Position numbers and translations under genes: made by a program | Notes under the pieces: model-generated | Databases searched by the model: none | The model's input: only the letters and a program-made list of their open reading frames with translations | Told to the model about the DNA's origin: nothing | Shown here: positions 30,871 through 40,786 of the stretch, one piece after another | How positions within the stretch are numbered: the first letter of the stretch is position 1 | Layout of the letters: each line of letters begins with the position of its first letter | NCBI GenBank assembly: GCA_938084645.1 | Contig: CALKEP010000008.1 | Span: 96,001-160,000, forward strand | DNA: 64,000 nt | Source: an uncultured Phycisphaerales bacterium | GTDB lineage: Bacteria; Planctomycetota; Phycisphaerae; Phycisphaerales; SM1A02 | Reading direction: 5' to 3'

Positions 30871-32391
30871 ATGAAGCGGAAACCCACCAGCAGACCCGGC
30901 AACCGCGTTGCGCGGCCGGGGGTGCCGGATCCGAATCTCCAGCGAGCCACCGAGCTCTTCCACGCCGGTCGAACGGTGGAGGCGGCGCGACTCGTGGACG
31001 CGGCGGTGGCGCGGAACCCGAAGGATCCGAACGCACTGCGGATCAAGGCGTTGATCCTCCTGAAGGGGGGGCTGATGCTCGATGCCCAGCGGATCCTCGA
31101 CCGTGCGCACAAGGCCGATCCCCGGAATCCCATGATCCCGCTCGACCAGGCGGTGATTCACAAGCTCGGTGGCCGGTACCCGGAGATGATCGAATCGGCG
31201 CGTGAGGCGTGCCGGCGCATGCCCGGGAATCGTCGCGCCGAGGCGATGCTCGTACAGGCCTTCGAGGGCGCCGGCGATCATGATCGGGCGATCGAGTTCG
31301 TCGAGCGGACGATCGCGAAGCGGGGACTCGATCCGGAGATGGGCGAGTCGTATGCGAACGTCCTCGAGCTCGCGGGGCGGCGCGAGGATGCCCTGGTGGT
31401 CGCGGATCGTCTGTTGGGCGCATCGTCGACGCCTCCGCCGGTCCGCCGTCGGCTGCTGCTTCATCGGGGCCGCATGCTGGAGAAGCTGGGACGGATCGAC
31501 GAGGCGATGGACGCCTACGACGCGGCGCACGCGGTCCTGCCGGTCGAGTTCGACCCCGACGCCTGGGATCGACGGCTCGACGAGATCATCGCCGCCACCG
31601 AACGGATCGACGCCGGAGTCGAACCCACTTCCGCGGAAGCGACCGAGGTTCCCGTGTTCATCGCGTCGCTTCCACGAAGCGGAACCTCGCTGGTGGAACG
31701 GATCATCGGCGTCCATCCCCAGGCGCACGGCGCCGGGGAGACCGGTCTCGTGGGTGACGTGCTTCGCGGGTTTCGCGACGAGATCGAAGGAAACGGATCC
31801 GAGGGGCTCGCGGGCGCGTCGCCCGAACTGCTCGAGCGGATGCGTTCGGACTATCTCGAGCGACAGACCGCGTTGTTCGGTCGGTCCGATCGGATCGTCA
31901 ACAAGCACCTCTCGAACTGGCAGCATCTGCCGGTCATCGGTCGGTGGTTCCCGAGCGCCCGCATCATCACGCTCGATCGCGAGCCCGGGGACGTGGCGAT
32001 CTCGATCTACGGCCAGAATCTCGCGCACGACCGCATGCCCTGGACCACGCGTCTCGACTGGATCGGTCGGATGATCCGAAGCCAGGCGCGATTCACGGAC
32101 GCGCTGCGCGAGCGGTTGCCGAACCCGTGGTTCGAGGTCGACTACACGGCTCTGGTGACCGAGCCGGAGCCCCGGATCCGCGAACTGATCGAGTTTCTCG
32201 GGCTTCCATGGGATCCACGTTGCCTGGAGCCGCATCGTTCCGAGGAGGGTCGAGGTGGCCGCCGCTTCATGCCGACGCTGTCGATGCATCAGGTCCGGCA
32301 GCCGATCGGCCGCGGTGGTCTCGACCGGGCGAAGGCGTTCGGGGATCGGATGGCGGCGTTCGAACGAGGCTACGAGGCCGGCGGGCGCTGA
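30871..32391 (+). CDS. TPR-containing sulfotransferase (PAPS-dependent family)
   Basis: N-terminal TPRs; VFIASLPRSGTSLVERI..HP; REPGDVAIS; Y..LV.EP....R.L.EFLGLPWD; T.S..QVRQPI. Confidence 0.88.
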   Translation: MKRKPTSRPGNRVARPGVPDPNLQRATELFHAGRTVEAARLVDAAVARNPKDPNALRIKALILLKGGLMLDAQRILDRAHKADPRNPMIPLDQAVIHKLGGRYPEMIESAREACRRMPGNRRAEAMLVQAFEGAGDHDRAIEFVERTIAKRGLDPEMGESYANVLELAGRREDALVVADRLLGASSTPPPVRRRLLLHRGRMLEKLGRIDEAMDAYDAAHAVLPVEFDPDAWDRRLDEIIAATERIDAGVEPTSAEATEVPVFIASLPRSGTSLVERIIGVHPQAHGAGETGLVGDVLRGFRDEIEGNGSEGLAGASPELLERMRSDYLERQTALFGRSDRIVNKHLSNWQHLPVIGRWFPSARIITLDREPGDVAISIYGQNLAHDRMPWTTRLDWIGRMIRSQARFTDALRERLPNPWFEVDYTALVTEPEPRIRELIEFLGLPWDPRCLEPHRSEEGRGGRRFMPTLSMHQVRQPIGRGGLDRAKAFGDRMAAFERGYEAGGR

Positions 32392-32405
32392 TTCCGGGTA
32401 CGTGC

Positions 32406-33677
32406 TCAGTCCGGACGGGACTTGCGTCTCGGTGATCGTCCACGCTCGCCGGCGTCTCCGCGACCTTCCTTGGGCCCGGGCCCGGTCGCCTTCGGCTGGG
32501 ACGTCGCGGCGCGTGCGATGGAGCCCGATGCCGGGGGGGGCGACGCCGGATCCTCGGAACCATCGTGGGCGAGCTTCGCGAAGATCATCCTTCCGCCCGC
32601 GGTCTGCAGTGAATTGGTGATCACCGCCGCGACGATGTCGCCGACCCGATCGCCACCATCCTGGACCACGACCATGCTTCCGTCGGGCAGGTAGCCGACC
32701 GCCTGCGATGGTTCCTCGCCGGCCTTGACGAGTTCGATCTCCACCGCGTCGCCGGGAAGCGAGGCGGGCCGCAGGGAGCGGGCGACGTCGTTGATGTTCA
32801 GGACGGTCACGCCGTTGATCTCCGCGACCTTGCGCAGATTCAGGTCGGACGTCAGGATCCGGAGGTCCAGGCCGCGGGCCATCTCGACCAGCATCGCGTC
32901 GACGCCCACGCCGGGCGGACGGGTGCCGTCGATCGCGACGTCGAGGAACGGGTTCTGCTGCATCTTCGTGACCACGTCGAGACCACGTCGTCCACGGAGT
33001 CGCTTCTGCCGGTCATCACTGTCGGAGAGGCGCTGGAGTTCCTCCAGCACGAACTCCGCGATCAGGATCGGCGCGTCGATGAAGCCGGCGCGTCCGACGT
33101 CCTCGATCCGGCCGTCGATCAGCGAGGAGGTGTCGACGAGCAGGGGCCGGATTCCCCGGACCTGTCGGGCGAACTCGACGTAGGGGAGGACGACCCGGAA
33201 GTCGTCCTTCGTGGTGAGCACCACCGAGACGGAGAGGTAGCAGAAGACCAGGGCGAGGGTCGCCTTCGAGACCCCGAGGTAGATGGAGGTGGTGCTTTCG
33301 ATCCCGCCCATCGCATTCGCGACCACGTCGATCAGGAAGCTCACCGCGACCGCCGCGAGGAGGCCGAAGCAGATCCCCAGATAGACGCCGACCACCGAGG
33401 ACAGCCGCTTGTTCGGCGTCATCACGTCGAGGACGATCACGATGGTCCCCACCGCGGCGCTGGCGAGCAGGACGCCGAGGAAGGTCTGCAGCCGGAATTC
33501 GAGCGGGCCCGACTGCCGTCCCGCGATGGTGAGCATCGAGATCGAGACGAGCAGGACGAGGAAGAGGAGTCGGACCACCAGCAGCAGGAGTCGCTGCGAA
33601 CGCAGCCGGGTCGAGTCGAGATCCGACGGGGTCACGATCGGGGAGGCGGGTGGCGGCATGGGATCGTCTCGTTCCAT
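32406..33677 (-). CDS. Membrane PIN/TRAM-domain protein (YacL-like)
   Basis: Four N-terminal TM helices; VDTSSLIDGRI, RGRRGLD, TSDLNL, LNIND, QAVGYLPDGSMVVV, QTAGGRMIFA. Confidence 0.92.
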   Translation of the reverse strand: MERDDPMPPPASPIVTPSDLDSTRLRSQRLLLLVVRLLFLVLLVSISMLTIAGRQSGPLEFRLQTFLGVLLASAAVGTIVIVLDVMTPNKRLSSVVGVYLGICFGLLAAVAVSFLIDVVANAMGGIESTTSIYLGVSKATLALVFCYLSVSVVLTTKDDFRVVLPYVEFARQVRGIRPLLVDTSSLIDGRIEDVGRAGFIDAPILIAEFVLEELQRLSDSDDRQKRLRGRRGLDVVTKMQQNPFLDVAIDGTRPPGVGVDAMLVEMARGLDLRILTSDLNLRKVAEINGVTVLNINDVARSLRPASLPGDAVEIELVKAGEEPSQAVGYLPDGSMVVVQDGGDRVGDIVAAVITNSLQTAGGRMIFAKLAHDGSEDPASPPPASGSIARAATSQPKATGPGPKEGRGDAGERGRSPRRKSRPD

Positions 33678-33761
33678 CGTTCCCGGATTCTACGCGGCCC
33701 ATCGACCTCCCCGGGCTTCGGAACCGGATTCGGGCTAGGATGTCGCATCGCGTCGCGGATC

Positions 33762-33883
33762 GCGGCGTGGAGGACGGTCGGGTCCGTCGGACGGACGGCT
33801 CGCCAACCTGGTCAGGGCTTGACGGCAGCAGCCATACGCGTCGTCGTTCGGGCCGTCGATCGCCTGGCCGTCCTCCACGTCGC
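33762..33883 (+). ncRNA. ffs: Small bacterial signal recognition particle RNA (4.5S)
   Basis: Helix-8 core GGTCAGG-GCT-TGAC-GGC-AGCAGCC; 21-bp closing stem 33762-33782/33863-33883; classic position upstream of dnaX; TAGGAT -10-like box at 33736. Confidence 0.85.
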
Positions 33884-33945
33884 CATCCCGTGGCGTCCGT
33901 CGCATGCCTCCGCCGTCACCCCGGCCCCTCGACACCCGGTGCTCG

Positions 33946-35682
33946 ATGTCCGAAACCGCCACCGAAACCGCTCCCGGCTATCAGGTCCTCGCACGACGCT
34001 ATCGGTCCCGGACCTTCGGCGAGGTCGTCGGCCAGGAATCGATCGCCGAGACGCTGGAGCGCGCGATCGAACGGGATCGCACCGCGCATGCGTATCTCTT
34101 CTGCGGGACCCGCGGCGTCGGCAAGACCTCGATGGCGAGGATCTTCGCCCGGGCGCTCAACGCCACCGATGCGGAGGGCGAAGGGCAGGCCGTGCAGGAT
34201 GCGATCCTTCGCGGCGAGGACATGGACGTCGTGGAGATCGACGGCGCGAGCAACAACGGCGTCCAGGACGCCCGGGATCTGATCGCCAACGCAAGCATCC
34301 GACCGGCGCGATCGCCGTTCAAGATCTACATCATCGATGAAGTCCACATGCTCTCGAATGCGGCGTTCAACGCCCTGCTCAAGACCATGGAGGAACCGCC
34401 GTCGCATGTGAAGTTCATCCTGTGCACCACGGAACCGCACAAGGTCCTTCCCACGATCCAGAGTCGGTGCCAGCGGTTCGACTTCCGACCGATCTCGGTG
34501 CCGCGGATCGCGGCCCACCTCACCGACGTCCTCGCCCGGGAGTCGATCGAGGCCGACGAGGCGGTGGTGCTTCGCGTCGCGCGGCTCGCGAACGGTTCGA
34601 TGCGGGACGGCCTGAGCATCCTCGAGCGGATCGTCGCCGCGGCGGACGGCCGGCTCGACGCGGAACTGCTCGAACGCGTGCTCGGAGTGCCGCCGGAGGA
34701 CATCGTCCGGGACGTGGTGGCGGCGATCGGTGGCGGCGACCTCGCCGGCACGCTTCGCGCCATGGCCACGCTGCTGGGCGAGGGACTCGCCCCCGAACGA
34801 GCCCTCGACGGGATCGCCGAACGATTCCGGCTGCTGCTTTCCGCCGGGGTCTGCGGGGCGGATCCCGAGATCCTGGGAACGGGGTCGGAAGAGGCCGCGG
34901 GGCTCGTCGAGGAGGCCGCGGACTTCGAACCGGAACAACTCGTGCACATGATCGCGCTCTGCGATGCCGCGAGCGCCCGGGTCCGGGTGAGCGCCTCGCC
35001 GCGTGCGATCCTCGACGCGGCGGTGGCCCGCATGGCGTTGTCCGAACGCTTCGCTCGCGCCGCCTCGCTGCTCGCGGGGGACGTCGCCGCAGTCACGCCT
35101 TCGAAAAAAAAAAGGCTGACCGGCGCTGAGTCGCGCCCGGTCGCGGAGCCGCCGGTCGATCGTCCGGTCACGAAGGTGGCGATGCCGAAGACGACCCCGC
35201 CGCCCGAGACCGCACCGCCCGAGGTGCCTTCGCTCGAGACCACTCCGCCCACGGAGACGCCCGACCCCCATTCCGACGTCGACGCGGGATCGGCGGGCCC
35301 CTGGGCCCGTCTCGAGGCCGCCGCGACCACACCCCGGTTTCGCGCCATGATCGCGGACTTCGAGTTCGACCGGCTGGAGGGCGATCGCCTTCGACTTCGC
35401 CGACGGGACGACGCCTCGCCCGGCGCCGATTGGACGGTGTCCCATCCGGAATCGCTGGAACGGCTGGCCTCCGACGCCCTCGACCGTCGGATCCGGATCG
35501 AATTCGCCGGTGCCGCATCGTCGAGTGCGGCGCCATCACCGGTCGTCGGTGACGACGTCGAATCGCATCCGCTGGTCGCGGAAGCCATGGAGCTCTTCGA
35601 CGCCCATGTCGTGCAGGTCAGGACAATCGGCGGTTCCTCGAAGGTCGAGGAACCCGCCGCCAAGCCAGAGAAGGAAGAATGA
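33946..35682 (+). CDS. dnaX: DNA polymerase III subunit gamma/tau
   Basis: YQVLARRYR, HAYLFCGTRGVGKTS, EIDGASN, IIDEVHMLS, KTMEEPP, TIQSRC, GSMRDG. Confidence 0.96.
   Translation: MSETATETAPGYQVLARRYRSRTFGEVVGQESIAETLERAIERDRTAHAYLFCGTRGVGKTSMARIFARALNATDAEGEGQAVQDAILRGEDMDVVEIDGASNNGVQDARDLIANASIRPARSPFKIYIIDEVHMLSNAAFNALLKTMEEPPSHVKFILCTTEPHKVLPTIQSRCQRFDFRPISVPRIAAHLTDVLARESIEADEAVVLRVARLANGSMRDGLSILERIVAAADGRLDAELLERVLGVPPEDIVRDVVAAIGGGDLAGTLRAMATLLGEGLAPERALDGIAERFRLLLSAGVCGADPEILGTGSEEAAGLVEEAADFEPEQLVHMIALCDAASARVRVSASPRAILDAAVARMALSERFARAASLLAGDVAAVTPSKKKRLTGAESRPVAEPPVDRPVTKVAMPKTTPPPETAPPEVPSLETTPPTETPDPHSDVDAGSAGPWARLEAAATTPRFRAMIADFEFDRLEGDRLRLRRRDDASPGADWTVSHPESLERLASDALDRRIRIEFAGAASSSAAPSPVVGDDVESHPLVAEAMELFDAHVVQVRTIGGSSKVEEPAAKPEKEE
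35104..35142 (+). other. Putative dnaX recoding signal (A10 run plus 3' hairpin)
   Basis: TCG AAA AAA AAA AGG; stops follow quickly in both alternative frames; GACCGGCGC/GCG-C-CCGGTC hairpin at 35118-35142. Confidence 0.75.
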
Positions 35683-36056
35683 TGTTTGATGCATTGAAGG
35701 GAATGGCCGGACTCGGCGGGATCATGAAGGACCTGCCCCGGATCAAGGAGCGGTTCGAGCAGGTCCGTGCCGAACTCGCCGAGATGACCGTCGAGGCGCA
35801 GGTCGGTGGCGGGGCCGTCACCGCGGTCGCCGACGGCAAGATGCGGATCCGTTCGGTCCAGGTGGATCCCGTGATGCTCGCGATTCTCGTCAAGGACGGT
35901 GAAGAGGCCGATCGAGGCATGGCCGAGGATCTCATCACCAGCGCCGTGAACGCGGCGCTCGAGCGGGCGCAGGAGATGATCGCGGATCATCTCAAGTCGG
36001 CGGCGTCCGAGATGAACATTCCGCTTCCCCCAGGTGGCCTGCCGGGACTCATGTGA
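35679..36056 (+). CDS. ybaB: YbaB/EbfC nucleoid-associated protein
   Basis: VEAQVGGGAVT...DG, EDLITSAVNAA; dnaX-ybaB-recR synteny. Confidence 0.92.
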   Translation: MMFDALKGMAGLGGIMKDLPRIKERFEQVRAELAEMTVEAQVGGGAVTAVADGKMRIRSVQVDPVMLAILVKDGEEADRGMAEDLITSAVNAALERAQEMIADHLKSAASEMNIPLPPGGLPGLM

Positions 36057-36084
36057 TCCCCGGTTCGCGAGGAGGTCCGCGTCC

Positions 36085-36708
36085 ATGACCGCATACCCCG
36101 AGAGCGTCTCGAATCTGATCGACGAATTCGCGCGGCTCCCCGGCATCGGTCGGCGGAGCGCCGAGCGGCTCGCGTTCTTCGTGCTCAAGAGTTCGAGCGA
36201 CGAGGCGCTCGGTCTCGCCCGGTCGATCGCCCGGGTGAAGGAATCGGTGCGGCACTGCTCCGTCTGCTGGAACCTGGCCGACGTCGACCCGTGTCCGATC
36301 TGCAGCGATCCGAAGCGAGACGCGTCGGTGGTGCTGGTCGTCGAGCAGCCGCGCGACCTGATCAGCCTCGAGCAGACCGGGATGCATGCCGGCGTGTATC
36401 ACGTGCTGCTCGGACGACTCGATCCCCTTGACGGGGTGGGGCCCGACGGCCTGACCGTCGACGATCTCATCGCCCGGCTCCGCGATCCCGAACGCAACGC
36501 TCGAAACGTCCCGGTCCGGGAGATCGTCCTCGGGCTCAATCCGGACATGGAAGGCGACACGACGGCCCTCCACGTCGCGGAGGAGGCCCGACGACTCGGC
36601 ATCGCGACCACCCGGCTCGCCCGAGGGCTGCCGTCGGGATCCCAGATCGAGTACGCCAGCCGGGCGGTCCTGGCGGATGCGATCACCGAGCGGCGGCCGA
36701 TCGACTGA
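36085..36708 (+). CDS. recR: Recombination mediator RecR
   Basis: LPGIGRRSAERLAF, CSVC..CPIC zinc finger, VVEQPRD, YHVL.G, EGDTTA, RLARGLP.G. Confidence 0.96.
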   Translation: MTAYPESVSNLIDEFARLPGIGRRSAERLAFFVLKSSSDEALGLARSIARVKESVRHCSVCWNLADVDPCPICSDPKRDASVVLVVEQPRDLISLEQTGMHAGVYHVLLGRLDPLDGVGPDGLTVDDLIARLRDPERNARNVPVREIVLGLNPDMEGDTTALHVAEEARRLGIATTRLARGLPSGSQIEYASRAVLADAITERRPID

Positions 36709-36927
36709 TCTCGGCGCGGGAAACGGGATTCGTCCCCCGGATCCTGAAATGGACACCGCCGAGGAGGATTCTCGTCCGGAGATCGTTCTCCTCTCCGGCG
36801 ATACCATGATGATGCATGGTCCAACCCGGAACGGCCCGCGATGGTCGGGCGTCGAAGGATCGACGCCCCGCGGCGCCAGCAGGCATGACGCCGAGGGAGT
36901 GCGTCTCGGTTCCGGAACGACCTCGCC

Positions 36928-38436
36928 ATGACCATGATGCGATTCGACACGCGTCAACAGATGAAGCTCGGTCAGCAGATGAAGCTGGCCCCGAGGATGA
37001 TCCAGTCGATGGAGATCCTCCAGTTGCCGCTCGCGGCGCTGCAGGAGCGCATCGAACAGGAACTCGAGCGAAACGTCGCCCTGGAGCTCGTCGAGCCGGG
37101 TGACGCCGCCGGAGCCGATCGCGAAGCGAGCGGGGACGTCGCAGAGACCGAACGCGAGTTCATCGCGGGCGAGGCCGGAGAGGATTTCGGTCGTCTCGCG
37201 GATCTCGAGAACCGCTACCGGGAGGTCTGGGACGGCGACGACTACGGGTCGCGACGCGCCGCCAACACGGGAGATCGCGACCGGAAGATGGACGCGATGG
37301 CGAACACCGCGGGACGCGGACTCGGGCTCGCGGCACAACTCGAGGCCCAGTGGCGCTTCGTGGACGCGGTCGAGAACGTCGCCGCCGCGGGCCGGCGACT
37401 CATCGAATACGTGGACGACGACGGATTGCTGGAGACCGATCTCGACACGATCCTCGAACAGGGGAGCGAACTCGGCATCGAGGACTGGTCCATCGAACTC
37501 CTCGACCGGACCCTCGATCGGCTGCAGCGGATCCTCGATCCGCCCGGCCTGATGGCGAGATCGAAGCAGGAGTCCCTCCTGCTTCAGATCGATGCGATCG
37601 TCGAGCAGGAGGGCGACGAGCACGGCGCCTGGACCGACGCGGCGGTGCTGGTGGGAGAGCACTTCGAGGATCTCGTGGAGAACCGACTGCCGAAGATCGC
37701 CAAGGATGCCGAGATGTCCCTCGAAAGGGTTCAGGCGGCGAAGGAACTCATGCGCCGGCTCACGCTCTGGCCCGGACGCGAACTGGTGAACCCGGATGCG
37801 GGGGTCGTCGTCCCGGACGTGCTCGTCGAGTACGAGCCGGAATCCGACTCCTACGTGGCGGCGCTCGCCGACGGCGTCGTGCCGCCGCTGCGGATCAATC
37901 CGCAGGTCGAGGGGATGAAGGGCGATGCGAATCTCGAGAAGAAGGATCGAGGCTTCATCGACGACGCGATCCGGGACGCGACCTGGCTCATCGACGCGGT
38001 CAACCAGCGGACGAACACCCTGCTCCGCGTGGTGCGGGTGGTGCTCTCGCGACAGCGGGATTTCTTCGATCACGGGCCTCAGTTCCTGAAGCCGCTGCCG
38101 ATGACCGAGGTGGCGGACCAGCTCGGGGTGCACGTCGCCACCGTCAGTCGCGCAGTCAGCGAGAAGTGGATGCAGACGCCACGGGGGATGTTCCCGCTTC
38201 GTCGGTTCTTCTCGGGTGGTCGCGAATCCGAGGAGGGGGACGATCGGAGCTGGGAGGCGATCAAGGAGATGCTCCGCGAGATCGTCGATGCGGAGGACAA
38301 GGCGAAGCCGCTGAGCGATCAGAAGCTCGCCGACGCCCTCGCCGAACGGGGCGTCGAAATCGCCCGCCGCACCGTGGTCAAGTACCGCGAGCAACTCGGG
38401 ATTCCGCCCGCCCGACGACGCAAGATCCACGCCTGA
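36928..38436 (+). CDS. rpoN: RNA polymerase sigma-54 factor
   Basis: Q-rich region I (QSMEILQL), LKPL.M.EVA, H.ATVSRA, PLSDQ, RpoN box ARRTVVKYR. Confidence 0.97.
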   Translation: MTMMRFDTRQQMKLGQQMKLAPRMIQSMEILQLPLAALQERIEQELERNVALELVEPGDAAGADREASGDVAETEREFIAGEAGEDFGRLADLENRYREVWDGDDYGSRRAANTGDRDRKMDAMANTAGRGLGLAAQLEAQWRFVDAVENVAAAGRRLIEYVDDDGLLETDLDTILEQGSELGIEDWSIELLDRTLDRLQRILDPPGLMARSKQESLLLQIDAIVEQEGDEHGAWTDAAVLVGEHFEDLVENRLPKIAKDAEMSLERVQAAKELMRRLTLWPGRELVNPDAGVVVPDVLVEYEPESDSYVAALADGVVPPLRINPQVEGMKGDANLEKKDRGFIDDAIRDATWLIDAVNQRTNTLLRVVRVVLSRQRDFFDHGPQFLKPLPMTEVADQLGVHVATVSRAVSEKWMQTPRGMFPLRRFFSGGRESEEGDDRSWEAIKEMLREIVDAEDKAKPLSDQKLADALAERGVEIARRTVVKYREQLGIPPARRRKIHA

Positions 38437-38534
38437 TTCTCCGTCGAACGCCGGTCCGGGCCGGGTTCGAGGTCATTGCCCCGATGCATTCCGCCGTTCT
38501 TCGGTGGTCGCCGATCCGGACGTAGACTGCAGGC

Positions 38535-39749
38535 ATGCCGACGCCATCGTCATCGACCGGACGATCGTCCCCGCCTCGGCGACGCCGACGCGGCGCCGTG
38601 ATCGCGGCCGTGGTCGTCGCGACGGTCGGCTCGCTCGAGGAGACGGTCACCGCGGGTGATGGCGAGCCCGGGGCCGACCTGGTGTTCTGGGGCACGCCGT
38701 ACTACGCGACGGATCCATGCATTCCCGAATCCGTCACCCAGTGGTCGATGGGCATCCTTCACGCCGCCGCGGTCCTCTGGAACGGCGACGTCGTCTGCTG
38801 GGGGGGCAACTTCTCCGGCGAGTCGAATGTTCCGTCGGACGTGGGTTCGGGGCCGTTCCAGATTCCGGCGGTGCAGGTGTCGGCGGGCGAAGGCCATACC
38901 GCGGCGGTGCTCGCGGATGGCTCCGTGCGATGCTGGGGCGAGAACGAGTACGGGGAGTGCATCGTTCCGCCGGGAGTCGGCTCGGCCGAGCATCCCGTGC
39001 GTTCGATTCACGCCGCGGTCTACAGCACCACGGCGTTGATGATGGACGGCACGATCGTCTGCTGGGGAAATCCGGCGGCCCAGGACTGCGATCCCGCCCT
39101 GGAGATCCCCGCCATCGGACTGCAGCGATTGAGCGTGGGCAACACCCACAGCATCGGCCTGTTGAACGACGGATCGATCCGATGCTGGGGCGACGACTCG
39201 CTCGGCCAGTGCGAAGTCCCCGAGGGGATCGGCGATCGTGGTCACCGGGTCGTCGCCATCGCGGCGGGCTCCGCCCATTCGGTCGCCATCCTCGAGGACG
39301 GTTCGGTGCGTTGTTGGGGTGACGACACCTCCGGCCAGCTCGCCGTTCCACCGGGGATCGGCACGCCGGAGCGACCGGCCGTCGCGGTGGCGGCCGGTCT
39401 GGCGCACACGGTGCTGCTGCATGAGGACGGAAGCGTCGCCTCGTGGGGATCGAACTCCGCGGGGCAGACCGACGTGCCGCCCTCGATCGCGGATCCCGCT
39501 CGAGGCGCGATTCGTCCGCTCGTCGGCGTGGTGGCGAGAGGGCTCGGCTCGGGTGCGCTCCGAGCCGCCGTCGTTCCCTGCACCGGGGACCTCGATCGGG
39601 ACGCCCGAGTCGACGGGATCGATCTCGGCCTGATCCTGATCGACTGGGGCGGGCGGGACGGATGCCGGTCGGATCTCGACCGGGACGGGCTGGTCGGGCC
39701 CGGCGACCTCGGTCTGCTGCTCTCGAACTGGGGGCGTTGCGGTTCCTGA
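38535..39749 (+). CDS. RCC1/BLIP-II repeat protein with C-terminal dockerin-like repeats
   Basis: About 6 repeats of AG..H...L.DGSVRCWG....GQ..VP; C-terminal GDLDRDARVDGIDLG..L..WG twice. Confidence 0.85.
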   Translation: MPTPSSSTGRSSPPRRRRRGAVIAAVVVATVGSLEETVTAGDGEPGADLVFWGTPYYATDPCIPESVTQWSMGILHAAAVLWNGDVVCWGGNFSGESNVPSDVGSGPFQIPAVQVSAGEGHTAAVLADGSVRCWGENEYGECIVPPGVGSAEHPVRSIHAAVYSTTALMMDGTIVCWGNPAAQDCDPALEIPAIGLQRLSVGNTHSIGLLNDGSIRCWGDDSLGQCEVPEGIGDRGHRVVAIAAGSAHSVAILEDGSVRCWGDDTSGQLAVPPGIGTPERPAVAVAAGLAHTVLLHEDGSVASWGSNSAGQTDVPPSIADPARGAIRPLVGVVARGLGSGALRAAVVPCTGDLDRDARVDGIDLGLILIDWGGRDGCRSDLDRDGLVGPGDLGLLLSNWGRCGS

Positions 39750-39811
39750 GTCACGTGGCGGGATCGATTCACGAGCCCGCGGAAGAGTCGTAATCGGTAG
39801 ACTGCCGGCCC

Positions 39812-40684
39812 ATGTCATACATCTGGCTCGACGGAAAACTGGTTCCCAAGGACGAGGCGATGGTCTCGGTCTTCGATCACGGCCTGCTCTACGGAGACGG
39901 CTGCTTCGAGGGAATTCGCGCCTACGGCGGCAGGATCCTCAAGCTGAAGACGCACCTCGGCAGGATGTTCGAATCCGCGGCGCTCATCCACCTCAAGCCC
40001 GCCTACGACCTCGAGGAGATCGAGGACGCGATCCGGGCGACGATGAAGGCGAACGAGATCGTGGACGGCTACATCCGGCTCGTCTTCACCCGGGGGGTCG
40101 GCACGCTGGGCCTGCATCCGTTCCGCTGTCCGACGCCGGGCACGTTCATCATCGCCGACCGGATCCAGCTCTATCCCGAGGAACTCTACGAGGAGGGGAT
40201 GAAGGTGGTCGTCGCCAAGCGTCCCCGCATCCCGATCGAGTGCCTCGATCCGCGGATCAAGAGCCTGAACTATCTCAACAACATCCTCGCCAAGGTCGAG
40301 GCCATCGAGGCCGGCGTGCTCGAGGCGATCATGCTCAACACCGAAGGCCAGGTCGCGGAGTGCACCGGCGACAACATCTTCGCGGTGAAGGGTGATCGCA
40401 TCTTCACGCCGGCGACCAGCACCGGGATCCTCCACGGGGTGACCCGGCGGTTCGTGATGCAGGAGATCGCACCGGCCTGCGGCTTCGAGGTCGAGGAGGA
40501 CGTCTTCGGAATCGAGACGCTGCTGGAGGCCGACGAGGTGTTCCTCACCGGAACCGCGGCCGAAGTGATCGGCGTCTCGCGGATCGATGATTCGGTGATC
40601 GGGTCCGGTCGCATGGGTGAAGTCACCCGCCGCCTGGTGGCCGAGTTCCGACGACGAATCTCCGAGGGATGTCCCGAAGACTGA
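39812..40684 (+). CDS. ilvE: Branched-chain amino acid aminotransferase (PLP class IV)
   Basis: DHGLLYGDGCFEGIRAY, YIRLVFTRG, KSLNYLNN, ECTGDN, ILHGVTR, EVFLTGTAAE. Confidence 0.93.
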   Translation: MSYIWLDGKLVPKDEAMVSVFDHGLLYGDGCFEGIRAYGGRILKLKTHLGRMFESAALIHLKPAYDLEEIEDAIRATMKANEIVDGYIRLVFTRGVGTLGLHPFRCPTPGTFIIADRIQLYPEELYEEGMKVVVAKRPRIPIECLDPRIKSLNYLNNILAKVEAIEAGVLEAIMLNTEGQVAECTGDNIFAVKGDRIFTPATSTGILHGVTRRFVMQEIAPACGFEVEEDVFGIETLLEADEVFLTGTAAEVIGVSRIDDSVIGSGRMGEVTRRLVAEFRRRISEGCPED

Positions 40685-40786
40685 GTCCCGTCGGCGTCCG
40701 ACGAGTCGGCCTCGAGCATGCTTGGGTTGCGTGCTTCCGGCCGGGGCGGCGTGCGGACAGGTCCGGCCCGCCGATGGAGGTGTTCC

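Noticed and set aside
38760..39480. Imperfect ~130-nt tandem repeats
   Set aside because: They are coding RCC1-like propeller repeats, not a nucleic-acid array
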